NCBI GenBank assembly: GCA_963793135.1
Contig: CAWBYX010000028.1
Coordinates: 32,765 to 96,764 of the forward strand
Length of the DNA stretch: 64,000 nt
DNA from: an uncultured Verrucomicrobiae bacterium
GTDB taxonomy: Bacteria > Verrucomicrobiota > Verrucomicrobiia > Chthoniobacterales > JAFAMB01
Reading direction: 5' to 3'
Notes under the pieces: model-generated
What the model was told of the DNA's origin: nothing
What the model saw: only the letters and a program-made list of their open reading frames with translations
Databases searched by the model: none
Translations under genes and position numbers: made by a program
In this document: piece after piece, positions 1-9,769 of the stretch
Layout of the letters: every line of letters begins with the position of its first letter
Position numbering within the stretch: the first letter of the stretch is position 1

Positions 1-64
1 TTTGGTAATTCAATCATTTTTTGGTTGCCAGGTAAACCAGCATGATGGATCTTCTCTGCCCGCG

Positions 65-154
65 AAAGCCTCTTCGTGTCTGGTGGAAGAAATGCGGAAC
101 GCGGAATGATAGCTCTGCGGGTTCAAGACCCGGCCGCCAGGCACGAGGAGGCAT
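65..154 (+). repeat. 90-bp structured repeat, copy A (tRNA-like fold)
   Basis: Matches 4230-4319 with 3 mismatches. Predicted outer stem GCCTCTTCGTG/CACGAGGAGGC, inner stem CTGGTGG/CCGCCAG, and a T-arm-like hairpin CGGG-TTCAAGA-CCCG. Confidence 0.7.
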
Positions 155-311
155 TTGATACAGGCTGGCGGCAAAGGGTTCGAACGCGGCGGGTTTTGAT
201 CTAAGCCGTCGTTCCGGTTTCCCTCTGTGCGATGCTCTTCCCGGATGCGCGTCTTTCTCGCCAGAAACCAAGCTGTCCACCAAAGCGCCTTCCCGCCAAC
301 CAACCCTCTTT

Positions 312-1106
312 TTACGGGGGCGAGTTTCGTCGTGCGATTAAGGCAGTGGATTCCACAATCTCAGTCACGACACCGTCGACCGCGAATTTGGCCATCAATT
401 CCCCTACTTCAGTCGACAGGTCATCGGCCTTCGCGCCCAGGCGCTCCCGTGAAGTAATGGAGAATGAGAGAGCTCGATCCGTAAAGCGCTCAACAACAGT
501 GAACCTTCGTTCAATGATCGAAATGCGTTCCATTTGATGGAAAGGCGAAGCGAGCAGGATAGCCTCATTTTTCAACCACTCTGGCGAGCGGAGTCTCTGT
601 CGTTCGACGTCACCTTCCGAATAGCGCTCGATCACCTTCTGGTAAGAACCGTGCCAGGAATTTTCGGGCACTTCGGGATGACTGTCGTGAAATAACACGA
701 CGGCTCCATCGGGCTCGATCATCGCATCAAGCAAGATCAGGGTTGCTGGCCGATCCATCCAATGGAAAGCACGACCGATGGTGGCTGCTTGAAAACGGCC
801 GAGGTGCGGGCCAAGGTCGTAGGAACTCCCTTGGACAAAATTAATTTTGAAATGGCCTGAGGATGCATTCTTTTTCCCAATCTCAAGCATCTCGGGCTCG
901 GGATCGAGCGCTGTCACCTCCATGACCGATGGCGCGAACGCTATAGCCAGTTGCCCGGGTCCAGTACCAAGATCCAAAATCCTGTGTCTGGCATTCAGAG
1001 CGCATAACTCGACCACACGACGGATGAGCAGTGAGGAGTACGGCGGTCGCCCTACCAAATAGTATTGAGCTGCTGATCGGAAACGGCGCTGCAAGGGAGG
1101 TTCCAT
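312..1106 (-). CDS. class I SAM-dependent methyltransferase
   Basis: 264-aa ORF with SAM-binding motif I (ILDLGTGPGQLAIAF). ATG start. Confidence 0.8.
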   Translation of the reverse strand: MEPPLQRRFRSAAQYYLVGRPPYSSLLIRRVVELCALNARHRILDLGTGPGQLAIAFAPSVMEVTALDPEPEMLEIGKKNASSGHFKINFVQGSSYDLGPHLGRFQAATIGRAFHWMDRPATLILLDAMIEPDGAVVLFHDSHPEVPENSWHGSYQKVIERYSEGDVERQRLRSPEWLKNEAILLASPFHQMERISIIERRFTVVERFTDRALSFSITSRERLGAKADDLSTEVGELMAKFAVDGVVTEIVESTALIARRNSPP

Positions 1107-1321
1107 AGGACGATTTCTACCCGCTCAGCGAATCGAGCCAACGCAAATTTGGTCTGCTTATCTTGCGTTCCCGCACAAATCAGTCGTTCGATTGCTCGAT
1201 TCCGACAAGAACCGCTTTTCCTGTCGATCCACTTGTCGATCGGGGTGGGGCATGACATCGTTCGATCGATCGCACATTTTAAAAACCATCTCGAATCTTT
1301 TGGTGGAGGAAATGATATAGT

Positions 1322-1738
1322 ATGAGCGTTCAAGTCTATGGGTGCAATCACGTGGCAATCGAGGTTGATGATCTTGTCAAGGCACAAGCGTTTTATGAAG
1401 ACGTTTTCGGCCTCCAACTCAAGGCGCGTGGCGAAGGTAATGCTTTTTTCCAGCTCGGAAATCATCAGTTTCTCGCTATGACCGAGGTTGATCAGGTTCG
1501 CGACAAGGGCGGCTGGCATTTTGGTCTGATTGTCCGGGATGAGCGGCAACTCGCGGAGGTGAGAGACAAAGTCACACAAAAATACAAGTTAGATCTTATT
1601 TCCGGATTTCGATGCGCCTTCCGCGACCCGTTCGGCAACCGGATTGATACGGTCGACCTTCACGACGAATCCCTCGCGTGGCTTTTGCCATACCAGGAAG
1701 TTCAGAAAGCAGGTATTCGTTTTAGCGATGAGCCGTAG
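1322..1738 (+). CDS. VOC (glyoxalase/bleomycin-resistance/dioxygenase) family protein
   Basis: 138-aa ORF. N-terminus NHVAIEVDDLVKAQAFYEDVFG is typical of the VOC fold. GGAGGA ribosome-binding site upstream. Confidence 0.75.
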   Translation: MSVQVYGCNHVAIEVDDLVKAQAFYEDVFGLQLKARGEGNAFFQLGNHQFLAMTEVDQVRDKGGWHFGLIVRDERQLAEVRDKVTQKYKLDLISGFRCAFRDPFGNRIDTVDLHDESLAWLLPYQEVQKAGIRFSDEP

Positions 1739-1818
1739 GGACCTGAGCTATCGCGCCGCGTGAAGGTAAATCCACCGGATCCGTATCCTTGATTGCTGAC
1801 AAAGCGACTTGTGGCGTC

Positions 1819-2148
1819 TTAGGGCGTGGGGCTGGGACTTGTGACCGGTGGCACGTAACAGTTGATGACGGCCGCCGTAATTGCTCCCGGATCAGGCGGT
1901 GTCTTGGCTACCACAAAATTGCAGAACGCAAAAAGCGGCTGGGTTGCTTCCGGTGGCGTCGCCGCTGTCCACAATACTGAATTGTCGAGCGAGAAGGTGA
2001 TAAGACCCGCCGTAATCAGACAACCAAAAACGTGAACTCCCTGATTTACTCCTCTGAGCGTGGGTTGGAGCAAGCTGAGTATTTCCTGACCCACTGGACT
2101 CAACACTTTAATGTGCTGATGAATACCGGTCATCGGTCCCGCTTCCAA
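1819..2148 (-). CDS. hypothetical small protein (possible membrane-anchored)
   Basis: 109-aa ORF with a hydrophobic segment VHVFGCLITAGLITFSL. No recognisable family. Competes with an antisense ORF at 2032-2298. Confidence 0.25.
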   Translation of the reverse strand: MEAGPMTGIHQHIKVLSPVGQEILSLLQPTLRGVNQGVHVFGCLITAGLITFSLDNSVLWTAATPPEATQPLFAFCNFVVAKTPPDPGAITAAVINCYVPPVTSPSPTP

Positions 2149-2248
2149 AACGCCAAGCTCCGCCGAATCCGTGGTGCGCTGTTATTTATTGAGCCGCTCA
2201 ACCAGATGTCTGGCCAGGTGCGCAAATGGAATTGGTTAATCTGCAAGT

Positions 2249-2623
2249 ATGGCGATTTTCGTGATCAAGGAGCATTGGGCCCGAAGTCATCACTTTGACT
2301 TTCGCCTCGAGAAAGATGGCGTGTTCAAGAGCTGGGCGGTCCCGAAAGGCTTGCCAGAAAAGCCTGGTCTCAAGCGTTTGGCGGTTCAGGTGGAGGATCA
2401 TGCGCTGGAGTTCCAACCATTCCACGAAGCGAATCCGGATGGAGAATCTGCCAAAGGTCGGATTAAAGTTTGGGATCATGGCACCTACGAATGCGAACAG
2501 TGGACGGATGATCGGATCGCCTTCACCCTCCATGGCTCTCGGGTCTCCGGAACGTTTAACCTTTTCCGTTTTAAAGAGAGTGAACCTCTAAGTTGGTTTT
2601 TGATCAAACGTCATTCGATCTAA
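2249..2623 (+). CDS. stand-alone LigD 3'-phosphoesterase (PE) domain protein
   Basis: 124 aa. Motif HWDFRLE...KSWAVPKGLP is characteristic of the DNA ligase D phosphoesterase module. Confidence 0.8.
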   Translation: MAIFVIKEHWARSHHFDFRLEKDGVFKSWAVPKGLPEKPGLKRLAVQVEDHALEFQPFHEANPDGESAKGRIKVWDHGTYECEQWTDDRIAFTLHGSRVSGTFNLFRFKESEPLSWFLIKRHSI

Positions 2624-2755
2624 CACGCTTCGGTCGTTCAAAAGCAGGTAAGCCAGATCGGGGCGAGCGGTCTCGCAGAGCCATCCCGTGAGCTATCGCC
2701 TCGTAACCCCTCATTGGCGACGCGCCCGCCCAGCGTTTCAACTCATAAGCGCTAG

Positions 2756-3790
2756 CTAGACGTTCATTTTGTTATCAAATCCACGGTAGGTGACCAAACT
2801 CTTGAGTGAAAGCCCTAAACTGCTTTCCACCCTCTCGACGCTCGGACGCACTAAGCGCACATCGGCAGGTACTTCCTCTTTGAAAAGTTCGCAATCGATG
2901 ATTAACCCGTCGCTCTGCTCGCCCAAAACTAACAAGTTGCCAAACTCGACTTCTGCGTAGGCCTTGAAACGAACGATCACGTGGATGTCGGGCTCAAAAA
3001 GACTCAGCAGCTTTTCATCATAGGCTACCTGCCGCTCTCCAATGATGCGTTAATGGGCCTGTTTAACAGCAGCCGGCAGCGCTTCGAGAATCGATTCCAG
3101 GCGCTTGAGAACCTGCTCGGCCTGCGGACTGGTGCAGTCAGTAGCTTGCGAGTTCTCATCGAGAAGGCTGAGGTAACGCTGGGCATGGGCGCGCACTACG
3201 GTCACGAACGCGTTCATTTAGAGCAACACCCGCTTGCGCTCTTTGTGGCTATTCTTCTTGCGCCGGGTCTGGGTCATCTACATCGACAAGCTGTTGATCT
3301 TGGTGATGAAGACTTGCGGCTCGCACATCTGTGATCTGAGTCAGTGCGTGCGGATCAGTTCCACCGACTGCATCAGACTCTTGACTAAGTCGAGTAAGAG
3401 CACCAAATAGACAGGAAAATGAATGTTAGCTTTGACGCAAGTGCTGTACAAAAACATCGTGCTCAGATCTAAGGGTAAATCCAGATCAAGCGCCTGTTTG
3501 CCAGCGGCCATTGCTGCGACAGCTTTGCACAGCAGCACATTAATGACCTCGCGCATCTCTTCTTGAGGCAACCAAGTCGCATAACGTTGGACGGTGCTTT
3601 TAGCGGGCACCTTGACGAGATCAAGTTGCGCCACCTGGCAAAACCATTGCAGCAGCGGACTATCAGCCAGTCGCGCCGCAAAATCACGGAAGCTTCCCAC
3701 TGACAACGTGCGCGCAATCGAGCATCGCAACGCTCGGACAGACTGTTCTTGAAATCGTGACTGGGATAATGCGAGGCGCCTCGACGGGCA
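2756..3790 (-). pseudogene. DDE transposase remnant (IS4/IS5-like, ISNCY-type), multiple stops and frameshifts
   Basis: Minus-strand pieces: ...FRDFAARLADSPLLQWFCQVAQLDLVKVPAKSTVQRY...STCVKANIHFPV... (3341-3970 ORF), then MNAFVTVVRAH..., then ...HVIVRFKAYAEVEFGNLLVLGEQSDGLIIDCELFKE (2756-2980). In-frame stops interrupt the pieces. Confidence 0.65.
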
Positions 3791-3948
3791 GATGGTTTTT
3801 GTACCGGAGGGACAGCACGATAGTCGCCCGAAGGGCTGTGCCCCAAAGGGGCTGAGCCCTGTAGCCACCTTCGGGGCATAAATCACCTCGAGTGCCCCTC
3901 TCCAAATTAGAAGTGCGCAATTGAGACGTGCTAACAACGTGGAACATC

Positions 3949-4134
3949 GCTCAACGTGCGAACAGAACACAGGCTGGAAGCCTATGCTCCATTGGTCTTT
4001 CGGACTGTCAAGCGATCTCCCAGAGCCATCAAAAAAATAACTGGGGAGCTATCGCCGTGCACCTGGAGTGACGACGCGACGGCGTTAATGTAGCATAGGC
4101 TTCCAGCCTGTGTTCCTTTCGCACCGTTGAGCAG
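3949..4134. repeat. long inverted repeat (MITE/REP-like hairpin)
   Basis: Perfect 24-bp inverted repeat GAACACAGGCTGGAAGCCTATGCT (3965-3988) / AGCATAGGCTTCCAGCCTGTGTTC (4092-4115). It extends imperfectly to about 40 bp per arm. The left half recurs at about 11365-11480. Confidence 0.8.
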
Positions 4135-4229
4135 GCCCCTGTCTTTATTCGCGAACGACATACGTCGCCGGAACCGTAACTCGTTGAATAAAGTATGAGT
4201 CCCTCTGGAAAATCTAACTATATTCTGCT

Positions 4230-4319
4230 AAAGCCTCTTCGAATCTGGTGGAAGAAATGCGGAACGCGGAATGATAGCTCTGCGGGTTCAAGACCCGGCC
4301 GCCAGGCACGAGGAGACAT
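4230..4319 (+). repeat. 90-bp structured repeat, copy B
   Basis: Direct repeat of 65-154. Confidence 0.7.
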
Positions 4320-4631
4320 AGTCAGGCCTCGGGATTCTTTTGTGTTCGTATCGCAATGCAGTTGCGTGGTACGACAAAACGATGGCGCCAGACGAATGTC
4401 GAGCCAGCCGGCTCGCAAACGACCTGACTCTGGCTTTTTGGGATTTCCAGATAATAGGGGGACTTTGCATCGAAGTCTCCCTCGAACCGTAAAAATGAGC
4501 GAGGTGTGCATCGACATCTGCGTGAAGACTACAATAAAACAGGCTAGAATGCGCTCTTTCTAGCCGGAGCCTGGTTGGGCTGCGCGCATCTAGACGATGA
4601 AACTCGGTATGACAAATTTTGAGGAGACCCG

Positions 4632-5303
4632 ATGAGTGAACACGTAAAGCTCGAGGCAAACGACGGTCATGCACTGGATGCCTATGTCGCGCATCCGGAC
4701 GGAGTGCCGATTGCGGGCCTGGTGGTGGTGCAGGAGATTTTCGGAGTCAACCGGCATATCCGCTCGGTGGCGGACAGCTACGCCAAGGAAGGGTTTCTGA
4801 CAGTTGCGCCAGCACTGTTCGACCGCTACGAGCGCGGCCTGGAACTTGGCTACGAAGGCGAGGATATGCAGAAGGCGAGGGCGCTGATTTCCAGGCTAAA
4901 TATGGACCATGCGCTGATAGACACGGCCGCCGCGCTCGAGTACGCGCGCGGGCAGACAGGGAAAAAGTTCGGGGTGATTGGCTACTGCTTCGGCGGCACG
5001 ATTGCCTGGCTGGCGGCCGCACGCCTGAACGTCAACGCAGCAGTGGGCTACTACGGCGGACAGATCGCGAAGTTTGCTGCCGAGCATCCAAAGGCGCCAA
5101 TTATGCTGCATTTTGGAAAACTGGACCAACATATTCCAAAGGAGAGCATCGACGCGGTGCAAGCGGCTAATCCCGAGGTGCCGATCTTCTGGTACGAGGC
5201 GGGCCACGGTTTCAACTGCAACGATCGGGCGACCTACAACGCAGAAGCGGCGAAGCTGGCGAAGGAGCGGTCGGTGAAGTTTCTGAAGAAGAATCTAGAA
5301 TAG
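4632..5303 (+). CDS. dienelactone hydrolase family protein
   Basis: 223 aa. GLVVVQEIFGVN near the N-terminus and a nucleophile motif GYCFGG, as in carboxymethylenebutenolidases. Confidence 0.85.
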   Translation: MSEHVKLEANDGHALDAYVAHPDGVPIAGLVVVQEIFGVNRHIRSVADSYAKEGFLTVAPALFDRYERGLELGYEGEDMQKARALISRLNMDHALIDTAAALEYARGQTGKKFGVIGYCFGGTIAWLAAARLNVNAAVGYYGGQIAKFAAEHPKAPIMLHFGKLDQHIPKESIDAVQAANPEVPIFWYEAGHGFNCNDRATYNAEAAKLAKERSVKFLKKNLE

Positions 5304-5807
5304 ATGTTTTCGAAAATCCGTTGCGCTGAACTGATTTGCACTCGTTCGCAACGCTGCGAATCCTGAAAACGGGCGCGTTAGCGCCATAAAGACGTACGCC
5401 TCTTCGAGAAACTTTGGGGAGAGGCATGGCTGATACCCTTAAGCCGAGGAACTAACAAACGTTAATTTGCTGTCCACGGTTAAGTTGAAAGCGTTTCAGA
5501 TGATGGGCACCCTGAGGCCGCTGAGGAGCGAGAGGTAGGACGAGAACGAGGATGGGCGAGCATGGGAGGGAGAGATACCCTGCAACTATACCCGGTTTGC
5601 CGGGTTTAACGAGGTAAGCAGGTGATGATCTGCGGAAGAGCCCATGAGTTAGTGGAGTATTTGAGAGCGCCCTGGTCCGCAGAAAGGAAACCGTCACGCA
5701 GTGCTGGTTTTTTGCTCTTTCGATGAATGCCGACGGCAATCAATCCTGCACCGCAGTCCGCTGCGAACTGACAAAACTGAAACAACCGCGCTTACCGACT
5801 AAACTTG

Positions 5808-6821
5808 ATGAAAGCCCGCTATATCCTCCTACTCGCCTGCTTGCTGGGCGCAACGCCTAGCTTGTTCGCTCAAGGTGTCTCGATCACAGTTGCGCCACCG
5901 CCCCTGGTCGCTTACGAGCAACCGCCTTGTCCGGCAGAGGGATATTTTTGGAGTCCCGGCTACTGGGCCTACGGAGATGACGGTTATTTCTGGGTGCCCG
6001 GCACCTGGGTTGAGGTTCCTCAGCCGGGATATTTTTGGACCCCTGGCTATTGGGCTTTTGCGAATGGCTACTATCTTTGGCACGGCGGTTACTGGGGTCC
6101 GCACGTCGGATTTTACGGAGGTATTAACTATGGCTACGGCTATTACGGATCGGGTTTCCACGGCGGCCGATGGGACGGCAACGTCTTTCGGTATAACACA
6201 GCGGTGTGGCACGTGAATTCGGCGGTCATCCACAATACCTACGTTGACCGCACAGTGATCGACCGCGGAACCGGCAATAGTCACGTCAGCTTTAATGGTC
6301 CAGGTGGAATTGAGGCGAGACCAACCGCCGCGGAAGAGGCGGCCGCGCAGAATCGTCGTCTTGAGGCAACTTCAGCGCAGCGTGCACATGAGCAGGAAGC
6401 TCGAAATGACCGCAACCAACATTACTCGGTCAATCAGGGTCACCCGAACACCGTGGTTAGAACAAACGCCGCTGGACAACCTGCGGCTGTGCATCGTGAG
6501 GGCGCACAACCCGCGGCGGTGCATCACGAGGGCGCACAACCAGAAGCGGTGCAGCACGAAGGTGCACGCCCAGAGGTGACACATCACGAAGCTACGCATC
6601 CGGAAACTGCACATCACGAGGTTGTGCACCCTGAGGCGACACATCATGAAGCTGTTCACACTCAAGCGACGCATCACGAAGTAGCACATCCGCAAGCAAC
6701 CCATCACGTGGCTGCGCCCCATCAGCCTTCACATCACCCGGCTGCGCATCCCGCCGCCCCCCATCATCCTCCTGCCCACTCACAGCCGAAAAAGTCGTCG
6801 GGAGGCGAGAAGAAAGGGTAG
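5808..6821 (+). CDS. secreted YXWGXW-repeat protein with C-terminal His-rich decapeptide repeats
   Basis: Signal peptide MKARYILLLACLLGATPSLFA. Repeats GYFWSPGYW / GYFWVPGTW / GYFWTPGYW. About 10 tandem xAxHHExxxP units at the C-terminus. Confidence 0.85.
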   Translation: MKARYILLLACLLGATPSLFAQGVSITVAPPPLVAYEQPPCPAEGYFWSPGYWAYGDDGYFWVPGTWVEVPQPGYFWTPGYWAFANGYYLWHGGYWGPHVGFYGGINYGYGYYGSGFHGGRWDGNVFRYNTAVWHVNSAVIHNTYVDRTVIDRGTGNSHVSFNGPGGIEARPTAAEEAAAQNRRLEATSAQRAHEQEARNDRNQHYSVNQGHPNTVVRTNAAGQPAAVHREGAQPAAVHHEGAQPEAVQHEGARPEVTHHEATHPETAHHEVVHPEATHHEAVHTQATHHEVAHPQATHHVAAPHQPSHHPAAHPAAPHHPPAHSQPKKSSGGEKKG

Positions 6822-6980
6822 TGGAGAAAGAAACGGTCGAGGATGAGGACGAGTGGTACGATGACGAGGATGGGGGATGGGGAGAGAAACGGAAAGGGTC
6901 GATAACGAGCACGAGCACGATGGGGGAGTGCGGAGGAGAAGAGCTGCTTGAGGGAGAAGCGGCTTCCTGTATTTTTCACC

Positions 6981-7778
6981 ATGATCGCTTTGGTCGGCAC
7001 GTCCGGATTCCAGTATCCTGCCTGGCGAGGAACTTTCTATCCGGAGAAGTTTCCTCCTGCGAAGATGCTGTCGTTTTATGCGGAACGTTTCTTAACCACC
7101 GAAATCAATTACACTTTTTACCGAATCCCGAATGGCAAGACGATGGGAGCTTGGGATAGCGCAACTCCTGAACATTTTCGGTTTGGCCTGAAGGCGCCGC
7201 AAAAAGTTACCCATATTGCCAAGCTCCGGAATTGCGAAGAGTTGATGGGTATTTTCCAGCGGGTCGTTTTGGGATTGGGTTCGAAACTTGGACCGGTTTT
7301 GTTCCAGCTTCCGCCGAACTTTAGAAAGGATGCCCTGCTTCTAAAGGATTTTCTGGCGACTTTATCGAGCGGGATACGAGTGGCCTTCGAATTTCGTCAC
7401 GTCTCCTGGCTAGATGACGAAATTTTTGCTCTTCTCCGAGATCATAAGGCTGCGCTTTGCATCGCTGAAACGAGCGATCTTGCGATTCCGGCGCTGGCGA
7501 CGACCGATTTTGGCTATCTGCGCCTGCGGCGGGAAGACTACCAACAGGAGGATATCGTGCGGTGGGCGAAATTCCTTCAGGCGCAAGAGAAAGATTGGAG
7601 CCACGCCTTCGTTTTCTTCAAGCACGAAGAGAGCGGAACTGGTCCGCGGCTGGCGAACCAGTTGATGAAAGAACTGGCAGTTGATGGTAGGGTGAGGCTC
7701 CGCCCGAACCGAGAGAATTGCGCAAACGCAAGTTTGCGCTTGCCTGTAACGTCAACGCGCCAGAAAGTCAAAAATTGA
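6981..7778 (+). CDS. DUF72 domain-containing protein
   Basis: MIALVGTSGFQYPAWRGTFYPEK...FYAERF is the typical DUF72 N-terminus. I prefer the ATG at 6981 over the TTG at 6948. The C-terminal tail reads through a REP unit (7686-7711). Confidence 0.8.
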   Translation: MIALVGTSGFQYPAWRGTFYPEKFPPAKMLSFYAERFLTTEINYTFYRIPNGKTMGAWDSATPEHFRFGLKAPQKVTHIAKLRNCEELMGIFQRVVLGLGSKLGPVLFQLPPNFRKDALLLKDFLATLSSGIRVAFEFRHVSWLDDEIFALLRDHKAALCIAETSDLAIPALATTDFGYLRLRREDYQQEDIVRWAKFLQAQEKDWSHAFVFFKHEESGTGPRLANQLMKELAVDGRVRLRPNRENCANASLRLPVTSTRQKVKN

Positions 7779-7933
7779 AAAGGTGGTGGGATATCGGTTA
7801 GGAGGATAGGCGAGCTGTTAGGCCCCAGTTTGTTTCGCCGCAAAGGGTAAAAGAAGGGGTACGCTTCGCATACTGGCATGATCGGTGCTCTTGATCTGAG
7901 GCGCACCCAACACTAACGGAAGCTTTTTTCGGC

Positions 7934-9305
7934 ATGAGCGATATCGACCCGACCTATAAATCAAACATTGTCTATCAACTCGAGGATAAGATTCCTCCGC
8001 GGACCGCCGCGTTTGTGGGGATTCAACACGTGATGGCCATGTTTGTGGGCGTAATAACGATGCCGCTGGTGGTGAGCGGAGCGCTTAAGTTCTCGCTGAC
8101 AGACACGGCGTATCTGGTGAGCATGGGGCTTTTTATCTCCGGCATTGCGACGATCATTCAGACGCGGGGAATTGGTCCGATCGGATCGCGCCTGCTGGCG
8201 ATCCAAGGGACCAGCTTCGCGTTTCTCTCACCGCTGATCCTGGCGGGCAAGATCGGCGGCATGCCATTGATGATCGGGATGTCGCTTTGCGGTGCACCGG
8301 TGGAAGCCGTGCTGAGCGTGTTCCTGCCAAAGTTGCGTAAGGTTTTTACACCAGTGGTCACCGGCTTGGTGGTCCTCCTGATCGGCGCTTCGTTGGTGCC
8401 AGTGGGAATGAGAACGATTGCTCAGGGATTGAACGCGTCTGCGCCTCCATGGGCAGGTGTGGCGATCGCTTGTTTTGTTTTGTTGCTCGTTCTGTTGATG
8501 AATTCATTTCATCGACCTTGGAGCCGGATGGCTGCGGTGCCGGTTTCTCTGGGCGTCGGATGGCTGATCTGCCTGGCACTTGGCTATACTAAACATGTCG
8601 CGGTGGCAGAAACCGGGAGCTGGATTGTGATGCCGATTCCGTTCAAATATGGTTTAGCCTTCAGACCGGAGTTCCTGTTGCCATTCATCTTTGTCTACGT
8701 CATCACCACACTCGAATCGATTGGCGACATCACTGCCACCTCTCAGCTTTCGCTGCAGCCGATCTCCGGTCCCCTCTATTGGAAACGAATTCGCGGGAGG
8801 TGTTCTCGCCGATTCGTTTAACAGCTTTCTCGCCGCAATATTTAACACCTTCCCAAACACGACCTTTGCTCAGAACAACGGCGTCATCCAACTCACCGGG
8901 GTCGCGTCGCGCCGAGTGGGATATTGGGTGGGCGGAATCCTGGCGTTTCTCGGATTGTTCCCATCGATTGGACGTTTGATGGCCATGATTCCTGGTCCGG
9001 TGCTCGGTGCCGTGACTCTGCTGCTCTTCGGTATGGTCGCGACTGCCGGCATTCGAATTTTACAGCAGATTGAGTTAAATCATCGAAATCTACTTGTGGT
9101 TGCTACCTCGCTCTCCCTCGGGCTCGGTGTGGAAGCGGTTCCAGAGGTTATTCAGCCTTTGCCCGAAATTCTGCGGCTGCTGTTCTCATCAGCGGTCACC
9201 ACCGGCGGGGTTGTTGCTCTGATTCTGAATACGCTGATGCCGCAGGTTCCTGCGGCGCCGGCATCGGAGCAGACCGCGCAACTGGATGTCGCGGCGGCTG
9301 GTTGA
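7934..9305 (+). pseudogene. NCS2-family nucleobase (xanthine/uracil-type) permease with an apparent +1 frameshift
   Basis: ORF 7934-8821 ends ...ITATSQLSLQPISGPLYWKRIRG. ORF 8691-9305 continues GGVLADSFNSFLAAIFNTFPNTTFAQNNGVIQLTG. The join needs one G skipped in the GGG run at 8795-8797. Confidence 0.8.
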
Positions 9306-9769
9306 CCGATTCAAGAAAGAACAACGACCCCGGCAGTCTCTCCAGTTATTTAGCACCCGCCTGGGAGCGGCTTCTTGGCCGTTCCAAGTTGGGCAGTGTC
9401 TACACCGCTTTAGCCAAAGTGGGAATCATTTTGCTGAGCGGGTTGGTAGTTGTTGGCCACGGCGCTGACTAGTTTCGCCCAGCCTTTATTGTCCGTTGTG
9501 CGGGAGAGGGTGGTGGACAGCGGGGCATCCCGGGCCAGGAACACGTGGATCGGGGAGAGTCTCGTACCGGCGGCACGGAGGGGCTTGGGCAACAACAATT
9601 ATGACTCATTTTCTGGCGACAGTTACTTTTCCCGATCGTTTGGGCTGTTATCGGCCCGTTTATTTTGGGGATCCAGAGGTCAGGTTGGGGGGATGGGGCG
9701 CGGGACCTTTTTGATGGACAGCGGGTTGCTGGGCGAGTACTGCGGACTTTTGCTCAAGAGTAAATAAAC

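Noticed and set aside
10-303. ORFs of 89-97 aa at the left edge, and similar ones at 4195-4674 and 13132-13395.
   Set aside because: They are made of the dispersed repeat units (90-bp repeat, REP modules), and the same peptide fragments recur wherever the repeats occur.
9306-9769. The ORF-poor 460 bp upstream of rtcB as a Y-RNA (YrlA-like) locus.
   Set aside because: There is no Ro/Rsr (TROVE) gene in the window, and I could find no T-arm-like hairpin or long terminal stem.
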